Made by a program: the position numbers and the translations under genes. Shown here one piece after another: positions 1-10,960 of a stretch of DNA of 64,000 nt (its first letter is position 1; every line of letters begins with the position of its first letter). The stretch is taken from assembly GCA_964291675.2 (NCBI GenBank), contig OZ219866.1:2272001-2336000 (forward strand), in the 5' to 3' direction. The DNA comes from Alphaproteobacteria bacterium (GTDB lineage Bacteria > Pseudomonadota > Alphaproteobacteria > MPNO01). A model generated the notes under the pieces. It had not been told where the DNA came from. It searched no databases and worked only from the letters and a program-made list of their open reading frames with translations.

Positions 1-635
1 TTCTCCCGCACCGGCGGCGCGAGACGGGGGTTGAGCGCGCAGCGCGTGACGATCATGCCGGCATAGACCACCGCGGTCAGGATCCCGGGCAGCACGCCCG
101 CGATCAGGAGCTGGGCGATCGAGGTCTCGGCGAAGATGCCGTAGAGCACCATCAGGATGGAGGGCGGGATCAGCGAGCCCAGCGTCCCCGCCGCGACCAC
201 CACACCGGTCGACAACCCCCTGTCGTAGCCGTGGCCGATCATCTCCGGGATGGTGATGCGGCCCATCGCCGCCGCGGTCGCGAGGCTCGACCCCGAGGCC
301 GCCGAGAACCCGGCGCAGGCGAAGTTGCTGGCCACCGCCAGCCCGCCCGGCAGGTTGCCGAGCCAGAGCCGCGCGGCGTTGAACAGCGACGCCGAGATCC
401 CCGAATGATGCGCCACCGCGCCCATCAGCAGGAACATCGGGATCGCCGAGATCGACCAGTTGGCGGCGAATTCGAACGGGGTGTTCTTGATCACGCCGGC
501 GGCTACGCCGGGACCGCGGATCAGGACGATGCCGACGATCGACACGCCCCCCAGCGCGACGCCGATCGGCACCCGGATCGCGATCAGCGCCAGCACGGCG
601 CCGATCCCGGCGAAGCCGATTTCGAGATGCGTCAC
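1..635 (-). CDS. dctM: TRAP transporter large permease (DctM family), runs off the window start
   Basis: Reverse strand from GTG at 635 reads MTHLEIGFAGIGAVLALIAIRVPIGVALGG... and later AAGTLGSLIPPSILMVLYG, a DctM hallmark; lies downstream of dctQ. Confidence 0.9.
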   Translation of the reverse strand, partial: MTHLEIGFAGIGAVLALIAIRVPIGVALGGVSIVGIVLIRGPGVAAGVIKNTPFEFAANWSISAIPMFLLMGAVAHHSGISASLFNAARLWLGNLPGGLAVASNFACAGFSAASGSSLATAAAMGRITIPEMIGHGYDRGLSTGVVVAAGTLGSLIPPSILMVLYGIFAETSIAQLLIAGVLPGILTAVVYAGMIVTRCALNPRLAPPVRE

Positions 636-650
636 GTCAGCCGCCCCGGC

Positions 651-1196
651 TCAATAGCCGTCCCCGGCGCGGACTTCGAGCCGGGCCGAGCCGGGCCCGC
701 CGGAAGCGCGGCCGAAATGGCGGAACAGCGCCAGCGCGACATAGAGCGCCATGGCGCCGAGGCCCACGGTCAGAAACCAGCGGCTCGGCCAGACCGCCAC
801 CAGGTCGACCGAGGTCTCCCATGCCTCGCCCTCGCGGGTCCGGCGCAGCGCCTCGACGCCGGTGAACCAGACGAAGAACAGGAGATAGGCGAGCGTCACC
901 AGCCCGGCGCAGCCGACCAGCGCGGCGCGCGGACGGCCGCCGATCCGCGCGGTGAACAGCTCGACGATCAGGTGCCCCTCGGCGAAGGTCACATAGGCGA
1001 GCGGCAGGAACACCACCGCCACCATGTAATAGGCGGCGACGATCTCGGTGGTGCCGTCGATCGGGTCGTTGAACAGATACTTGGTGGCGACGTCGGCGAC
1101 GATGTGCAGCATCATCGCCACCAGCGCCACGCCGCCCGCGATGGCGAGACCCTCGCCCAGCCGCCTGACGGGCCGCTCGGGTTCGAACGACGCCAT
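651..1196 (-). CDS. dctQ: TRAP transporter small permease (DctQ family)
   Basis: About four hydrophobic helices, DV..KY.FN.PI.G..EI and GHLIVELF motifs; start moved to the ATG at 1196 (MASFEP) after a GGAGG-like RBS. Confidence 0.85.
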   Translation of the reverse strand: MASFEPERPVRRLGEGLAIAGGVALVAMMLHIVADVATKYLFNDPIDGTTEIVAAYYMVAVVFLPLAYVTFAEGHLIVELFTARIGGRPRAALVGCAGLVTLAYLLFFVWFTGVEALRRTREGEAWETSVDLVAVWPSRWFLTVGLGAMALYVALALFRHFGRASGGPGSARLEVRAGDGY

Positions 1197-1366
1197 GCCG
1201 CCCTCCCTCGTTGCGGGCCCGTCACACTGTCGGCAATCGGGGCGCGCGGTCAAGCGCCGGCCCGGGCGGCGCGGGTTTTGGGCTTGGACGCCCGGCGGCC
1301 CGGCCGATAGAGTCGCACGCGAACGCTCGGATACCGGGATAACGAGAACCGACAGGGGGACGAAAG

Positions 1367-2488
1367 ATGTTCAGACGATCGATGCTCGCCGCGCCTTTTG
1401 CCGTCGCGCTGGCCTTCGCCGGGAAGCCCGCCCCGGCGGCCGAATACGTGTACGGATCGTGGAACAGCCCGAAGAACGTGGTGCTGACCGAGGGCGTCGC
1501 GCCATACCTCAAGGCGGTCACCGAGGAGACCGGCGGGTCACTGAAATGGAAGCTTCTGGCGGGCGCGCAGCTATTCGGCGGCCGCGCGACGCTGGCCGGC
1601 ATCCGCGACCGCATCGCCGATGCGGGCGGGCCGGTGATCCCGGCATTCACCCGCAAGGAGCTGCGCGCCGCCAACGTGGTCTACGACCTGATCAACGCGT
1701 CGGTCTCGCCGGTCGTCATGGCCGGCGCCGTGGCCGAGACTTACCATCTCGACTGCCCGGCCTGTAAGGGCGACTTTTCCAAGAACAACGCGCTGTTCCT
1801 CGCCAACTACGCGTCGACGCGGTTCAACCTCCTGTGCCGCGCGCCGATCGCCAAGGCATCCGACATGAAGGGACGGCGCGTGCGCGTGGTCGGCGCGCTC
1901 GGCCGCTTCCTCAAGTCGCTCGGCGCCGTTCCGGTCGGCGGCAGCCCGGCCAAGGCGGTGCAGGCGATCCAGCGCGGCAATCTCGACTGCATCGCCGGGC
2001 CGATAAGCTGGCTGCAGTCCTTCGGCCTCTGGGACCTCACCAAGCACGTGCTCGACGCCGAGCTCGCGATCCAGCCGACCCCGTCGGGCATGGTGGTCAA
2101 CCGGGATGCCTGGAAGGCGCTGTCGAAGTCCGAGAGGGCGGCGATGATCAAGCACGCGCCCGGCCTGATCGCCAACATCACGATCCGGGGCTACATGGCC
2201 GAGGACGTGCAGGTCCGCGCGGAGGCCAAGAAGCGGGGGGTCACCATCACCCCCGAGGACGGCTCGATGGGGCCCGCCTTCGAGGCCTACAAGAAGAAGG
2301 AGCTCGACATCGTTCCCGCGCTGGCGAAGAAGGACGGGGTGAAGACGGCGGACGCGATCGTGAAGGCGCATCTCGCCAACGTCGCCAAGTGGGAGAAGAT
2401 CCACGAGAAGATCGGCGACGATCCCGACAAGTTCGCGCAGGCGCTGTGGGACGAGGTGTTCAGCAAGCTCGATCCCGACAAGATCTAG
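1367..2488 (+). CDS. dctP: TRAP transporter substrate-binding protein (DctP family)
   Basis: Signal peptide ending PAPAAE, DMKGRRVRV and AIQRGNLDC motifs, adjacent to dctQM. Confidence 0.85.
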   Translation: MFRRSMLAAPFAVALAFAGKPAPAAEYVYGSWNSPKNVVLTEGVAPYLKAVTEETGGSLKWKLLAGAQLFGGRATLAGIRDRIADAGGPVIPAFTRKELRAANVVYDLINASVSPVVMAGAVAETYHLDCPACKGDFSKNNALFLANYASTRFNLLCRAPIAKASDMKGRRVRVVGALGRFLKSLGAVPVGGSPAKAVQAIQRGNLDCIAGPISWLQSFGLWDLTKHVLDAELAIQPTPSGMVVNRDAWKALSKSERAAMIKHAPGLIANITIRGYMAEDVQVRAEAKKRGVTITPEDGSMGPAFEAYKKKELDIVPALAKKDGVKTADAIVKAHLANVAKWEKIHEKIGDDPDKFAQALWDEVFSKLDPDKI

Positions 2489-2498
2489 GGCAAGCTCG

Positions 2499-2525
2499 GG
2501 CACGGCGGACATCGTCCGCCGTGCC
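2499..2525. terminator. Hairpin between convergent genes, probable bidirectional terminator
   Basis: GGCACGGCGGAC-atc-GTCCGCCGTGCC is a perfect 12-bp stem between the dctP and GcvT-family stop codons. Confidence 0.65.
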
Positions 2526-2552
2526 GCGCCCTTTCGCGGCCGCGGCGAGCCC

Positions 2553-5000
2553 TCATGCCAGGACGCGCTCCCTCCCGGGATCGTAAAATGCTCTCAGCGA
2601 GGCCCGCGCGGGCCAGGTCTTGCCGGCGATCTCGATCTCGTAGCGTCCCGCCTCGATCCATTCCCGCGTGACGCCCGCATCGCGGCGGACATAGCCCATG
2701 CCGATCGCGGTGCCCACGGTGTGGCCGAACATGCCCGAGGTGAGGTAGCCCACGATCTTGCCGTCGCGGCGGATCGGCTCGTAGTGGTAGAGCAGCGGCT
2801 CGGGATCCTCCAGGGCGAACTGGACCAGGCGCTTTGTCACGCCCTCCTCCCGCTGGCGCAGCACGGCGTCGCGCCCGATGAACCCGGCGTTCTTGCCGTG
2901 CGCCACGGCGAAGCCGAGCCCGGCCTCCTGCGGCGTGTCCTCGTCAGAGATGTCGTGCCCCCAGTGCCGGTAGCCCTTCTCCATCCTGAGCGAGTTGACG
3001 GCGTGGAAACCGACCGGCCGCAATCCGAAATCCGCGCCATGGGACGCGAGCTCGTCATAGACGCCGGCGGCGAACTCCGCCGGCACGTAGAGCTCCCAGC
3101 CGAGCTCGCCGACATAGGTGATGCGGGTCGCGCGCGCCGTCGCGTGGGCGATGTCGATCTCGCGCGACGAGGCGAAGGGAAAGGCATTGTTTCCCAAATC
3201 CGCGTCGCTCACCCGCGACAGCAGCTCCCGCGCCCTCGGCCCCATGACGCCGAGAACGGCGTAGGCGGAGGTCACGTCGGTCACCGTGGCCCGGGAGGTG
3301 TCCGGGACGTGGCGCCTGAGCCAGTCGACGTCGCGCACCTGGCTCTCCACCCCGGTGACGACGAGGAAACGGTCTTCGGCAAGGCGTGTCACGGTGACGT
3401 CCGCTTCGATGCCGCCACGGTCGTTGAGCCACTGCGTGTAGACCACGCGGCCCGGCGGAACCGCGATGTCGTTGGCGCAGACGACGTTGAGCAGCGCCTC
3501 GGAATCGGCGCCCGAGACCAGGATCTTTCCGAAGCTGCTCTGGTCGATCAGCCCGACCCGTTCGCGGACCGTCCGGTGCTCCTCGGCCGAATACTCGAAC
3601 CAGTTCTGCCGCCCCCAGGAATACTCGTAGCGCGGCTCGACCCCTTCCGGCGCGTACCAGTTGGGACGCTCCCACCCCGCCGCCTCGCCGAAGCAGGCCC
3701 GGCGCGCGGCGAGCCGGTCGTGCAGCGGCGACTTGCGGATGCCGCGCCCGGTCACGAATTGCCGGAACGGCCAGTGCATGTCGTAGAGCAGGCCGAGCCC
3801 TTCGGCGACGCGTTCCCTGAGATAGCGCGGGTTCCCCTGGAACTTCTGCATGCGCCTGAGGTCGACCTCCCACAGATCCATGCCCGGGTGGCCGTTGACG
3901 ATCCATTCGGCCAGCATCCTGCCGGCGCCGCCCGACGAGCCGATGCCCACCGAGTTGAACCCGCAGGCGACGAAGAAGTTGCGCAGCTCGGGCGCCTCGC
4001 CGAGCAGATAGCGGTCGTCCGGCGTAAAGCTCTCCGGCCCGCAGAAAAAGGTTCTGACGCCGGTCTCCGCGAGGACCGGGATGCGGTGCAGCGCGCTCTC
4101 CAGGATGGGCTCGAAGTGGTCCCAGTCGTCCGGTAGCTGGCCGAACTCGAAATCCTCCGGGATGCCGTCCATCCCCCACGGCTTGGCCTCCTTCTCGAAG
4201 GCGCCCACCAGAAGCCTCCCCGCATCCTCCTTGACGTAGACGCCGGCATCCTGCTCGCGCAGCGACGGGGTGTCCGGGCTCAGCCCGTCGATCGGCTCGG
4301 TCACGATGTAGAAATGCTCGGCCGCGTGGAGCGGCACGTTGACGCCCGCCATGCGGCCGATCTCGCGGCCCCACATGCCGCCGCAGTTGACGACGAACTC
4401 CGCGCGGATGTCGCCGTGTTCCGTCGCCACGCCGGTGACGCGCCCGCCGCTCTGGAGAACGGCCGTCACCTTCGTGTTCTCGAACATCCGCGCGCCGCGC
4501 ATGCGCGCGCCCTTGGCATAGGCGAGCGTGGTGTCGACCGGGTTGGTCTGCCCCTCGTCCGGTATGAACACCCCGCCGACCAGGTCGTCCGCGTTCAGCA
4601 GCGGCCACAGATCGAGGGCTTCCGCCGGGGACAGGACCTGCACCTCGAGGCCGAAGCACCCGCCCATCGAGGCATTGCGCCTGAGCTCCGTAAAACGTTC
4701 CTCGTTGGCCGCGACCAGCACGGCCCCGTTCTGCTTGTAGCCGGTGGCCTGCCCGGTCTCGTCCTCCAGCGAACGGAGCACCTCGGCGGTGTACTGGGCG
4801 AGGCGCGTCATGTTGAGCGTCGCGCGGAGCTGGCCGATCAGCCCGGCGGCGTGCCAGGTCGTCCCGCTGGTGAGCGACTTCCGCTCCAGCAGGACCACAT
4901 CGGTCCACCCCGCCAGGGTCAGGTGATAGGCGACGCTGGCGCCGATCACGCCGCCGCCGACGATGACGACCCGGGCCTCGCCCGGCAGCTTGTCGGTCAT
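2553..5000 (-). CDS. Dimethylglycine/sarcosine dehydrogenase-like flavoprotein (DAO domain plus GcvT folate-binding domain)
   Basis: GGGVIG FAD motif, GTTWHAAG covalent-flavin His motif, GPESFTPD, C-terminal GcvT motifs ([18 protein letters not shown]). Confidence 0.9.
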   Translation of the reverse strand: MTDKLPGEARVVIVGGGVIGASVAYHLTLAGWTDVVLLERKSLTSGTTWHAAGLIGQLRATLNMTRLAQYTAEVLRSLEDETGQATGYKQNGAVLVAANEERFTELRRNASMGGCFGLEVQVLSPAEALDLWPLLNADDLVGGVFIPDEGQTNPVDTTLAYAKGARMRGARMFENTKVTAVLQSGGRVTGVATEHGDIRAEFVVNCGGMWGREIGRMAGVNVPLHAAEHFYIVTEPIDGLSPDTPSLREQDAGVYVKEDAGRLLVGAFEKEAKPWGMDGIPEDFEFGQLPDDWDHFEPILESALHRIPVLAETGVRTFFCGPESFTPDDRYLLGEAPELRNFFVACGFNSVGIGSSGGAGRMLAEWIVNGHPGMDLWEVDLRRMQKFQGNPRYLRERVAEGLGLLYDMHWPFRQFVTGRGIRKSPLHDRLAARRACFGEAAGWERPNWYAPEGVEPRYEYSWGRQNWFEYSAEEHRTVRERVGLIDQSSFGKILVSGADSEALLNVVCANDIAVPPGRVVYTQWLNDRGGIEADVTVTRLAEDRFLVVTGVESQVRDVDWLRRHVPDTSRATVTDVTSAYAVLGVMGPRARELLSRVSDADLGNNAFPFASSREIDIAHATARATRITYVGELGWELYVPAEFAAGVYDELASHGADFGLRPVGFHAVNSLRMEKGYRHWGHDISDEDTPQEAGLGFAVAHGKNAGFIGRDAVLRQREEGVTKRLVQFALEDPEPLLYHYEPIRRDGKIVGYLTSGMFGHTVGTAIGMGYVRRDAGVTREWIEAGRYEIEIAGKTWPARASLRAFYDPGRERVLA

Positions 5001-5086
5001 GCGCAACTCCCAAATACGGATGCGATTGCATGGCCCGCCGCGCGGGCTAGAGTCCGGGCCTGAATCCGATACCGGAGGAGCGGGCC

Positions 5087-6229
5087 ATGACCGAGGCCAG
5101 CCAGCCCGAGGTGCATCGCGGCCTGAAGGATCTGTGCTTCGAGCGATCGCCGACCACGTTCATCGACGGCCGGGAAGGCGAGCTGCGGTATCGCGGGTAC
5201 TCGATCCACGACCTCGCCGCGCATTCGTCCTTCGAGGAGACCGCCTACCTCCTGCTCCATGGCGAGCTGCCCGGGCGGTCCGAGCTCGCGGCCTTCGATG
5301 CGGCGCTCAAGGAGGCGCGCGCCCTGCCGGAATCCGTCCACGACGTCATCCGCGCGGTGAAGGACGCCCATCCCATGGACGTGCTGCGGACCGCGGTCTC
5401 CGCGCTTGCCGCCAACGACCCGGAGACGGACGACAATTCGCTCGATGCGACCCGCCGCAAGGGCATCCGGCTGACGGCGCAGGTGCCGATGATCGTGACC
5501 GCGCACCACCACATGCGCCACGGCCGGGACCCGGTACCGCCGAGCCCCGAGCTCGGCCACGCGGCGAATTTCCTCTTCATGCTCAAGGGGGAGGCGCCGA
5601 GCGGGGACGCCGGCGCGCTGATGGACACCGACATGGTGCTGCATGCCGAGCACGGCTCCAACGCGTCCTCCTTCACGGCGCGGGTGGTGGTGAGCACCGA
5701 GGCGAACCTGCATGCCGGGATCACCGCGGCGGTGGCCGCGCTCTCCGGCCCGGCGCATGGCGGCGCGGCGGAGAACGTGATGCGCATGGCCCGGGAGATC
5801 GGCGACCCGGCGAAGGCGGCGGGCTATGTCAGGGCGAAGCGAAAGGCGCGCGAGCCGATCATGGGTTTCGGCCACCGGGTCTACCGCGCGGAAGACCCGC
5901 GCGCGCGGCACATGCGCGACGGGGTCAGGCGCCTGTCGGAGGAGATGGGCGAGCCCCGCTGGCACGCGATCCTCGAAGCGCTGGTGGACGCGATGAGCCC
6001 CTATGCGCGCCACGGCGTCTGCGTGAACGTCGATTTCTATGCCGGCGTGGTCTACTACCTGCACGGGATCCCCGAGGATCTGTTCGTGCCGATCTTCGCT
6101 ATCGGCCGCATCCCGGGCTGGACGGTGCAGGCGATGGAGCAGCTCGACAACAACATCCTGATCCGCCCACGCCTCCTCTATACCGGGCCGGAGGCCAGGG
6201 AATACGTCCCGATCGACGAACGCGGCTGA
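5087..6229 (+). CDS. Citrate synthase / 2-methylcitrate synthase family
   Basis: [30 protein letters not shown] and NVDFY motifs; 380 aa. Confidence 0.92.
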   Translation: MTEASQPEVHRGLKDLCFERSPTTFIDGREGELRYRGYSIHDLAAHSSFEETAYLLLHGELPGRSELAAFDAALKEARALPESVHDVIRAVKDAHPMDVLRTAVSALAANDPETDDNSLDATRRKGIRLTAQVPMIVTAHHHMRHGRDPVPPSPELGHAANFLFMLKGEAPSGDAGALMDTDMVLHAEHGSNASSFTARVVVSTEANLHAGITAAVAALSGPAHGGAAENVMRMAREIGDPAKAAGYVRAKRKAREPIMGFGHRVYRAEDPRARHMRDGVRRLSEEMGEPRWHAILEALVDAMSPYARHGVCVNVDFYAGVVYYLHGIPEDLFVPIFAIGRIPGWTVQAMEQLDNNILIRPRLLYTGPEAREYVPIDERG

Positions 6230-6254
6230 ACGCCGCGCGCGCCCGGTTCCCGGT

Positions 6255-7226
6255 TCACGACATCGCCGCGGCGATCGCCGCCGCGGCCACCACGTCGTCC
6301 ACCTCCGCCCCGCGCGAGAGATCGCATAACGGTCGCGCGAATCCCTGCAGGAACGGCCCGATGGCGCGCGCGCCGCCCAGATGCTCGCTCAGCTTGTAGC
6401 CGATGTTGCCGGCGTCGAGGTCCGGGAACACCAGCACATTGGCCCTTCCCGCGACATCGCTTGCGTGCCTGGTCTTGAGCGCGGCGATCCGCGGCACCAG
6501 CGCGGCATCCGCCTGGAGCTCGCCATCGACCGCGATCTCCGGCGCGCGCGCGCGCACGATCTCCACCGCCCGGCTTACCTTCTCCACCTTGCCGTGCCTT
6601 GCGCTGCCATGGGTCGAGAACGACAGCATCGCCACAAGCGGCACGACGCCCAGCAGCCGCTCGGCGCTGCGCGCCGAGGCGATTGCGATATCCGCGAGCT
6701 GTTCGGCATCCGGGTCGACATTGACCGCGCAGTCGGCGAAGACGAGGGGGTTGCCGCCCGCGCGGGGCAGCATGATGAAGAAGCTGGAGGGCGTCGCGAT
6801 GCCCTCCGCCAGGCCGACCGACATCAGCCCCGCCTCGATCACCCGCGCCGTGGGCTGGGTGGCTCCGGCCACCAGCGCATCCGCGTCGCCCGCCGTCACC
6901 GCCATCGCGGCGTAGAACAGCGGCTTCGAGAGGATGCGCCGCGCCATCCTCTCGCTCGCCTTCGGCCGGCGCTCGACATAGAGCGACGCGTAGCGGTCGA
7001 GCGCGCCACAAGCCGTCGAGACGGTGTGCAACGCGTCCAGCGAAACGCCGGCGGACGCGGCCGTCTCCTCCAGCGCCGCGCGCTCGCCGATCAGTATGGG
7101 GCGGGCGATGCCGTCGTCGTGCAGGCGCCGCGCCGCGCGGACGATCCTCGGGTCATCGCCTTCCGGCAGCACGACGGCGCGCCGATGCGCCTTCGCGCGC
7201 TCGATCAGCCGTGCGACGATGTCCAT
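6255..7226 (-). CDS. pta: Phosphate acetyltransferase
   Basis: [37 protein letters not shown] and DLSRG motifs; directly downstream of xsc. Confidence 0.93.
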   Translation of the reverse strand: MDIVARLIERAKAHRRAVVLPEGDDPRIVRAARRLHDDGIARPILIGERAALEETAASAGVSLDALHTVSTACGALDRYASLYVERRPKASERMARRILSKPLFYAAMAVTAGDADALVAGATQPTARVIEAGLMSVGLAEGIATPSSFFIMLPRAGGNPLVFADCAVNVDPDAEQLADIAIASARSAERLLGVVPLVAMLSFSTHGSARHGKVEKVSRAVEIVRARAPEIAVDGELQADAALVPRIAALKTRHASDVAGRANVLVFPDLDAGNIGYKLSEHLGGARAIGPFLQGFARPLCDLSRGAEVDDVVAAAAIAAAMS

Positions 7227-7244
7227 CGACGGCCCCCGAACCCA

Positions 7245-9011
7245 TTACTGGGGCCGCATGTCGTCGCTGCTGATGCCGGCCACGACGTTGGGCTTCTTCA
7301 TCGCGTCCCTGCGGAACGGCTCGCCGAGCTCCTGGTTGAGGATCACCTCGATGAACGTGGTGACGCCGTCGGACTGCGCCGCGCACGACTCCCGGAGCGC
7401 GGTCGTCAGCTCCTCCATCGTGCCCGCCGTCACCCCCTTCACCCCGCAGGCTTCCGCGACCCTGGCGTAGCTGAGCCCGGGATGCAGCTCGGTGCCCACG
7501 AAGTTGTTGTCGTACCAGAGCGTCGTGTTCCGCTTCTCCGCGCCCCACTGGTAGTTGCGGAAGATCACCATGGTGATCGCCGGCCACTCCTCGCGGCCGC
7601 AGGACGTCATCTCGTTCATCGAGATGCCGAACGCGCCGTCTCCCGCGAAGCCCACGACCGGGACGTCCGGGCAGCCGATCTTGGCGCCGATGATGGCGGG
7701 GAAGCCGTAGCCGCACGGCCCGAACAGCCCCGGCGCGAGATACTTGCGGCCCTGCTCGAAGGTCGGATAGGCGTTGCCGATGGCGCAGTTGTTGCCGATG
7801 TCGGACGAGATGATGGCGTCCCTGGGCAGGCCTGCCTGAATCGCCCGCCACGCCATGCGCGCCGACATGCGGTCCGGCTCGCGCTGCCTGGCATCGAGAT
7901 TCCAGGTGGTGCCCGGATCGTCGTCCTCGTGGTCCATGCTCGACAGGGCCTGGAGCCACGCCGAGCGGGTGCCGTGGATGGTTGCCCGGCGCTCCTCGCG
8001 GCCGGAATCGCCCGCGTCTTCGGACAGGCATTCGAGCAGCCGCCTTGCCACCTTCCGCGCATCGCCGCAGATCCCGACCGTGACTTCCTTGGTGAGGCCG
8101 ATGCGGTCCGGGTTTATGTCCACCTGGATGACCGCCGCCCGCTTCGGCCAGTAGTCGATCCCGTAGCCCGGCAGGGTGGAGAACGGGTTGAGCCTGGTGC
8201 CCAGCGCGAGCACGACGTCCGCCTGCGCGATGAGCTCCATCGCGGCCTTCGAGCCGTTATAGCCGAGCGGGCCGACCGCCAGCCTGTGCGAGCCGGGGAA
8301 GCTGTCGTTGTGCTGGTAGCCCGAGCAGACCGGCGCATCGAGGCGCTCGGCGAGCGCCCGGCAGGCCTCGATCGCGTCGCCGATCACCACGCCGCCGCCC
8401 GACAGGATCACCGGGAAGCGCGCATCCGAGAGCAGCCGCGCGGCCTCGGCGATCGACTCCTCGCCCCCCGCCGGGGGTTCGATATGCACCGGCGGGGGCA
8501 GCTCGATGTCGATCTCCCGGGTCCAGAAATCGCGCGGCACGTTGATCTGCGCCGGCGCCGAGCGGCGCACCGCGTTCTCGATCACCCGGTTGAGCACCTC
8601 CGCCATGCGCGAGGGGTCGCGCACCTCCTCCTGGTAGCACACCATCTCCTCGAACAGCGCCATCTGCGGCACCTCCTGGAAGCCGCCCTGGCCCATGGTC
8701 CGGTTGGCCGCTTGGGGGGTGACCAGCAGCATCGGGGTGTGGTTCCAGTAGGCGGTCTTGACCGGGGTCACGAGGTTGGTGATCCCCGGGCCGTTCTGGC
8801 CGATGCACATGGCAATCTTGCCGGTGGCCCTGGTGTAGCCGTCGCACATGAAGCCGGCATTGCTCTCATGCGCGGCGTCCCAGAAGGCGATCCCGGCCTT
8901 GGGGAAGAGGTCCGATATCGGCATGAAGGCGGAGCCGATGATGCCGAACGCGTGCTCGACCCCGCGCCTCTGCAAGACCTTCACGAAGGCTTCCTCAGTC
9001 GTCATCCGCAT
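7245..9011 (-). CDS. xsc: Sulfoacetaldehyde acetyltransferase (ThDP-dependent, desulfonating)
   Basis: MTTEEAFVKVL, GIIGSAF, QNGPGITN, SSDIGNNC, GDGAFGIS, NYQWGAEK and ELGEPFRRDAM are Xsc-typical; lies between tauC and pta. Confidence 0.96.
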   Translation of the reverse strand: MRMTTEEAFVKVLQRRGVEHAFGIIGSAFMPISDLFPKAGIAFWDAAHESNAGFMCDGYTRATGKIAMCIGQNGPGITNLVTPVKTAYWNHTPMLLVTPQAANRTMGQGGFQEVPQMALFEEMVCYQEEVRDPSRMAEVLNRVIENAVRRSAPAQINVPRDFWTREIDIELPPPVHIEPPAGGEESIAEAARLLSDARFPVILSGGGVVIGDAIEACRALAERLDAPVCSGYQHNDSFPGSHRLAVGPLGYNGSKAAMELIAQADVVLALGTRLNPFSTLPGYGIDYWPKRAAVIQVDINPDRIGLTKEVTVGICGDARKVARRLLECLSEDAGDSGREERRATIHGTRSAWLQALSSMDHEDDDPGTTWNLDARQREPDRMSARMAWRAIQAGLPRDAIISSDIGNNCAIGNAYPTFEQGRKYLAPGLFGPCGYGFPAIIGAKIGCPDVPVVGFAGDGAFGISMNEMTSCGREEWPAITMVIFRNYQWGAEKRNTTLWYDNNFVGTELHPGLSYARVAEACGVKGVTAGTMEELTTALRESCAAQSDGVTTFIEVILNQELGEPFRRDAMKKPNVVAGISSDDMRPQ

Positions 9012-9045
9012 GGCGATGCGTCCCTGTCAGTTTCGTTCCGCGGCA

Positions 9046-9954
9046 TCAACCCTTCCCCTTCCACGGGATCAGCCAGGCTTCGAGCGCCCGCATCAGCATC
9101 TCGATGGCGAAGCCGATCGCGCCGATGATGATGATCCCGATCACCACCACGTCGGTCTGTAGGAAGTTCTTGGCGATCATCATCATCGAGCCGACGCCCT
9201 GGTCGGCGGCCACCAGCTCGGCGGCGACCAGCGTGCCCCAGCACACGCCCATGGAGGTCCGCAAGCCGGTGAAAATCTCGGGCAGGGCGTTGGGCAGGAT
9301 CACGTGGCGCAGCACCTGGGGCTTGGTCGCGCCCAGCGAGTAGGCCGCGTGGACCTTGGAGATCTGCACCGAGCTGACGCCGGCGCGGGCGGCGATCAGC
9401 ATGATGAACAGCGCGGCCAGGAAGAGCAGAAAGACCTTCGCCACCTCGTCGATGCCGAGCCACAGGATCACCAGCGGGATCAGGGCGAGCGGCGGGATCG
9501 GGCGGACGAACTCGACGATCGGGTCGAACAGCCCGCGCGCCGCCGAGTTGAGGCCCATGGCGAAGCCGAGCGGAATCCCCACCGCCGCGCCGAAAAACAC
9601 GCCGAGCAGCACGCGCTTGACCGAGGTCCCGACATGCTCCCAGAGCGAGATGTTGCGGTAGCCTTCGCTCAGCAGGCCGATGAACCGGTCGACGACGCCC
9701 GGCCTGGCCCGGTTGGGGTTGTCCCACGGGTAGAGCCCACCCTCCAGCGGCGGCCAGAAGATGGGATCGATCACGCCGCCGACGGTGGTGACCCACCAGG
9801 CGACGATCAGCGCGACCAGGGTGACGATGGACCACAGGCGGCCCGAGTTCACCGCCGAGGCGTCGCCGAACTTGACGGTCTTCTGCCGGGTGAAGCTGTT
9901 GTCCGCCACGCCGAGCCAGATCGCCAGCCCGCCGGGTTGCTTGCGGTTCGCCAT
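9046..9954 (-). CDS. tauC: Taurine/sulfonate ABC transporter permease
   Basis: RPIPPLALIPL, EAA-like loop (HAAYSLGA), LVAAELVAA; operon context. Confidence 0.9.
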   Translation of the reverse strand: MANRKQPGGLAIWLGVADNSFTRQKTVKFGDASAVNSGRLWSIVTLVALIVAWWVTTVGGVIDPIFWPPLEGGLYPWDNPNRARPGVVDRFIGLLSEGYRNISLWEHVGTSVKRVLLGVFFGAAVGIPLGFAMGLNSAARGLFDPIVEFVRPIPPLALIPLVILWLGIDEVAKVFLLFLAALFIMLIAARAGVSSVQISKVHAAYSLGATKPQVLRHVILPNALPEIFTGLRTSMGVCWGTLVAAELVAADQGVGSMMMIAKNFLQTDVVVIGIIIIGAIGFAIEMLMRALEAWLIPWKGKG

Positions 9955-9964
9955 GATCCTTCCT

Positions 9965-10768
9965 TCAGTGCGTATCCGCGCCGCCCATGATCTCCTCTTC
10001 CATCTCCCAGATCATGGAGAGGATCTCCTCGCGGGCGGAAATGAAGTCGGGCTGGGCCTTGATCCCGCGCGCATCCCCCTCGACGCCCTGATCGGCGAAG
10101 GGCAGCGTGTATTCCCTGTGGATGCGGCCGGGGCGCGGCGCCATCACGACGAGGCGTTCGCCGAGGAACAGCGCCTCCTCGACCGAATGCGTGATCAGGA
10201 CGATGGTCTTGCCGGTCTCCTTCCACAGCTTGAGCACCAGCCCCTGCATCTTCTCGCGGGTCAGCGCATCGAGCGCGCCCAGCGGTTCGTCCATCAGGAT
10301 CACGTCGGGGTCGTTGGCCAGGCAGCGCGCCAGCGCCACGCGCTGCTGCATGCCGCCGGAAAGCTGATAGACCGGCTTCTCGGCGAAGTCGCGCAGCGCC
10401 GTCACGTCGAGCAGATGCTTGACCGTCGCGTCGATTTCGGAACGGGCGACGCCGCACATGCGCGGGCCGAAGCTCACGTTCTGGGCGACCGTCATCCACT
10501 CGAACAGCGCGCCCTGCTGGAACACCACCCCGCGCTCCTTGTGCGGCCCCTCGATCCGATGGCCGTTGAGCCGCGCCTGCCCCGCGGTGGGGGTGAGAAA
10601 CCCGCCGATGATGTTGAGCAGCGTGGTCTTGCCGCAGCCCGACGGGCCGAGCACGGCCATCAGCTCCCCCGGCTTGAGATGCAGCGAGACGTCTTCGAGG
10701 GCGTGGACCTCGCCGCCATTCGCCAGGGTGAACACCATGGAGACGTCTTCGATGACGAGCCCTTCCAT
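9965..10768 (-). CDS. tauB: Taurine/sulfonate ABC transporter ATP-binding subunit
   Basis: GPSGCGKT Walker A, LSGGMQQR signature, LMDEP Walker B; start taken at MEGLVIE. Confidence 0.92.
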   Translation of the reverse strand: MEGLVIEDVSMVFTLANGGEVHALEDVSLHLKPGELMAVLGPSGCGKTTLLNIIGGFLTPTAGQARLNGHRIEGPHKERGVVFQQGALFEWMTVAQNVSFGPRMCGVARSEIDATVKHLLDVTALRDFAEKPVYQLSGGMQQRVALARCLANDPDVILMDEPLGALDALTREKMQGLVLKLWKETGKTIVLITHSVEEALFLGERLVVMAPRPGRIHREYTLPFADQGVEGDARGIKAQPDFISAREEILSMIWEMEEEIMGGADTH

Positions 10769-10960
10769 CGCCCCTTCCCCGGTCGGGTCCCAGCGGAGCC
10801 GGGCCGAGCGACCGCGCCCGGCCCGCCACGCCGTCACTTCATGCCGTCCCGCGCCGCCCGTCAAGGCCGAACGGTCCGGGACGGGTCGCCCTCCCTGCCT
10901 CCCCGGCTCCCCGGGGACGCCGAAGCGGGGAGGGAATGCCCGCCGGCGGCCGCTTCCGGC

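Noticed and set aside
6381-9128. Long ORFs antisense to or out of frame with real genes (915 aa here; also 25968-28616, 41970-44693, 49293-52268, 54794-57955)
   Set aside because: Shadow ORFs expected at this GC content. They are Arg/Ala/Gly/Pro-rich, lack motifs and overlap well-supported genes
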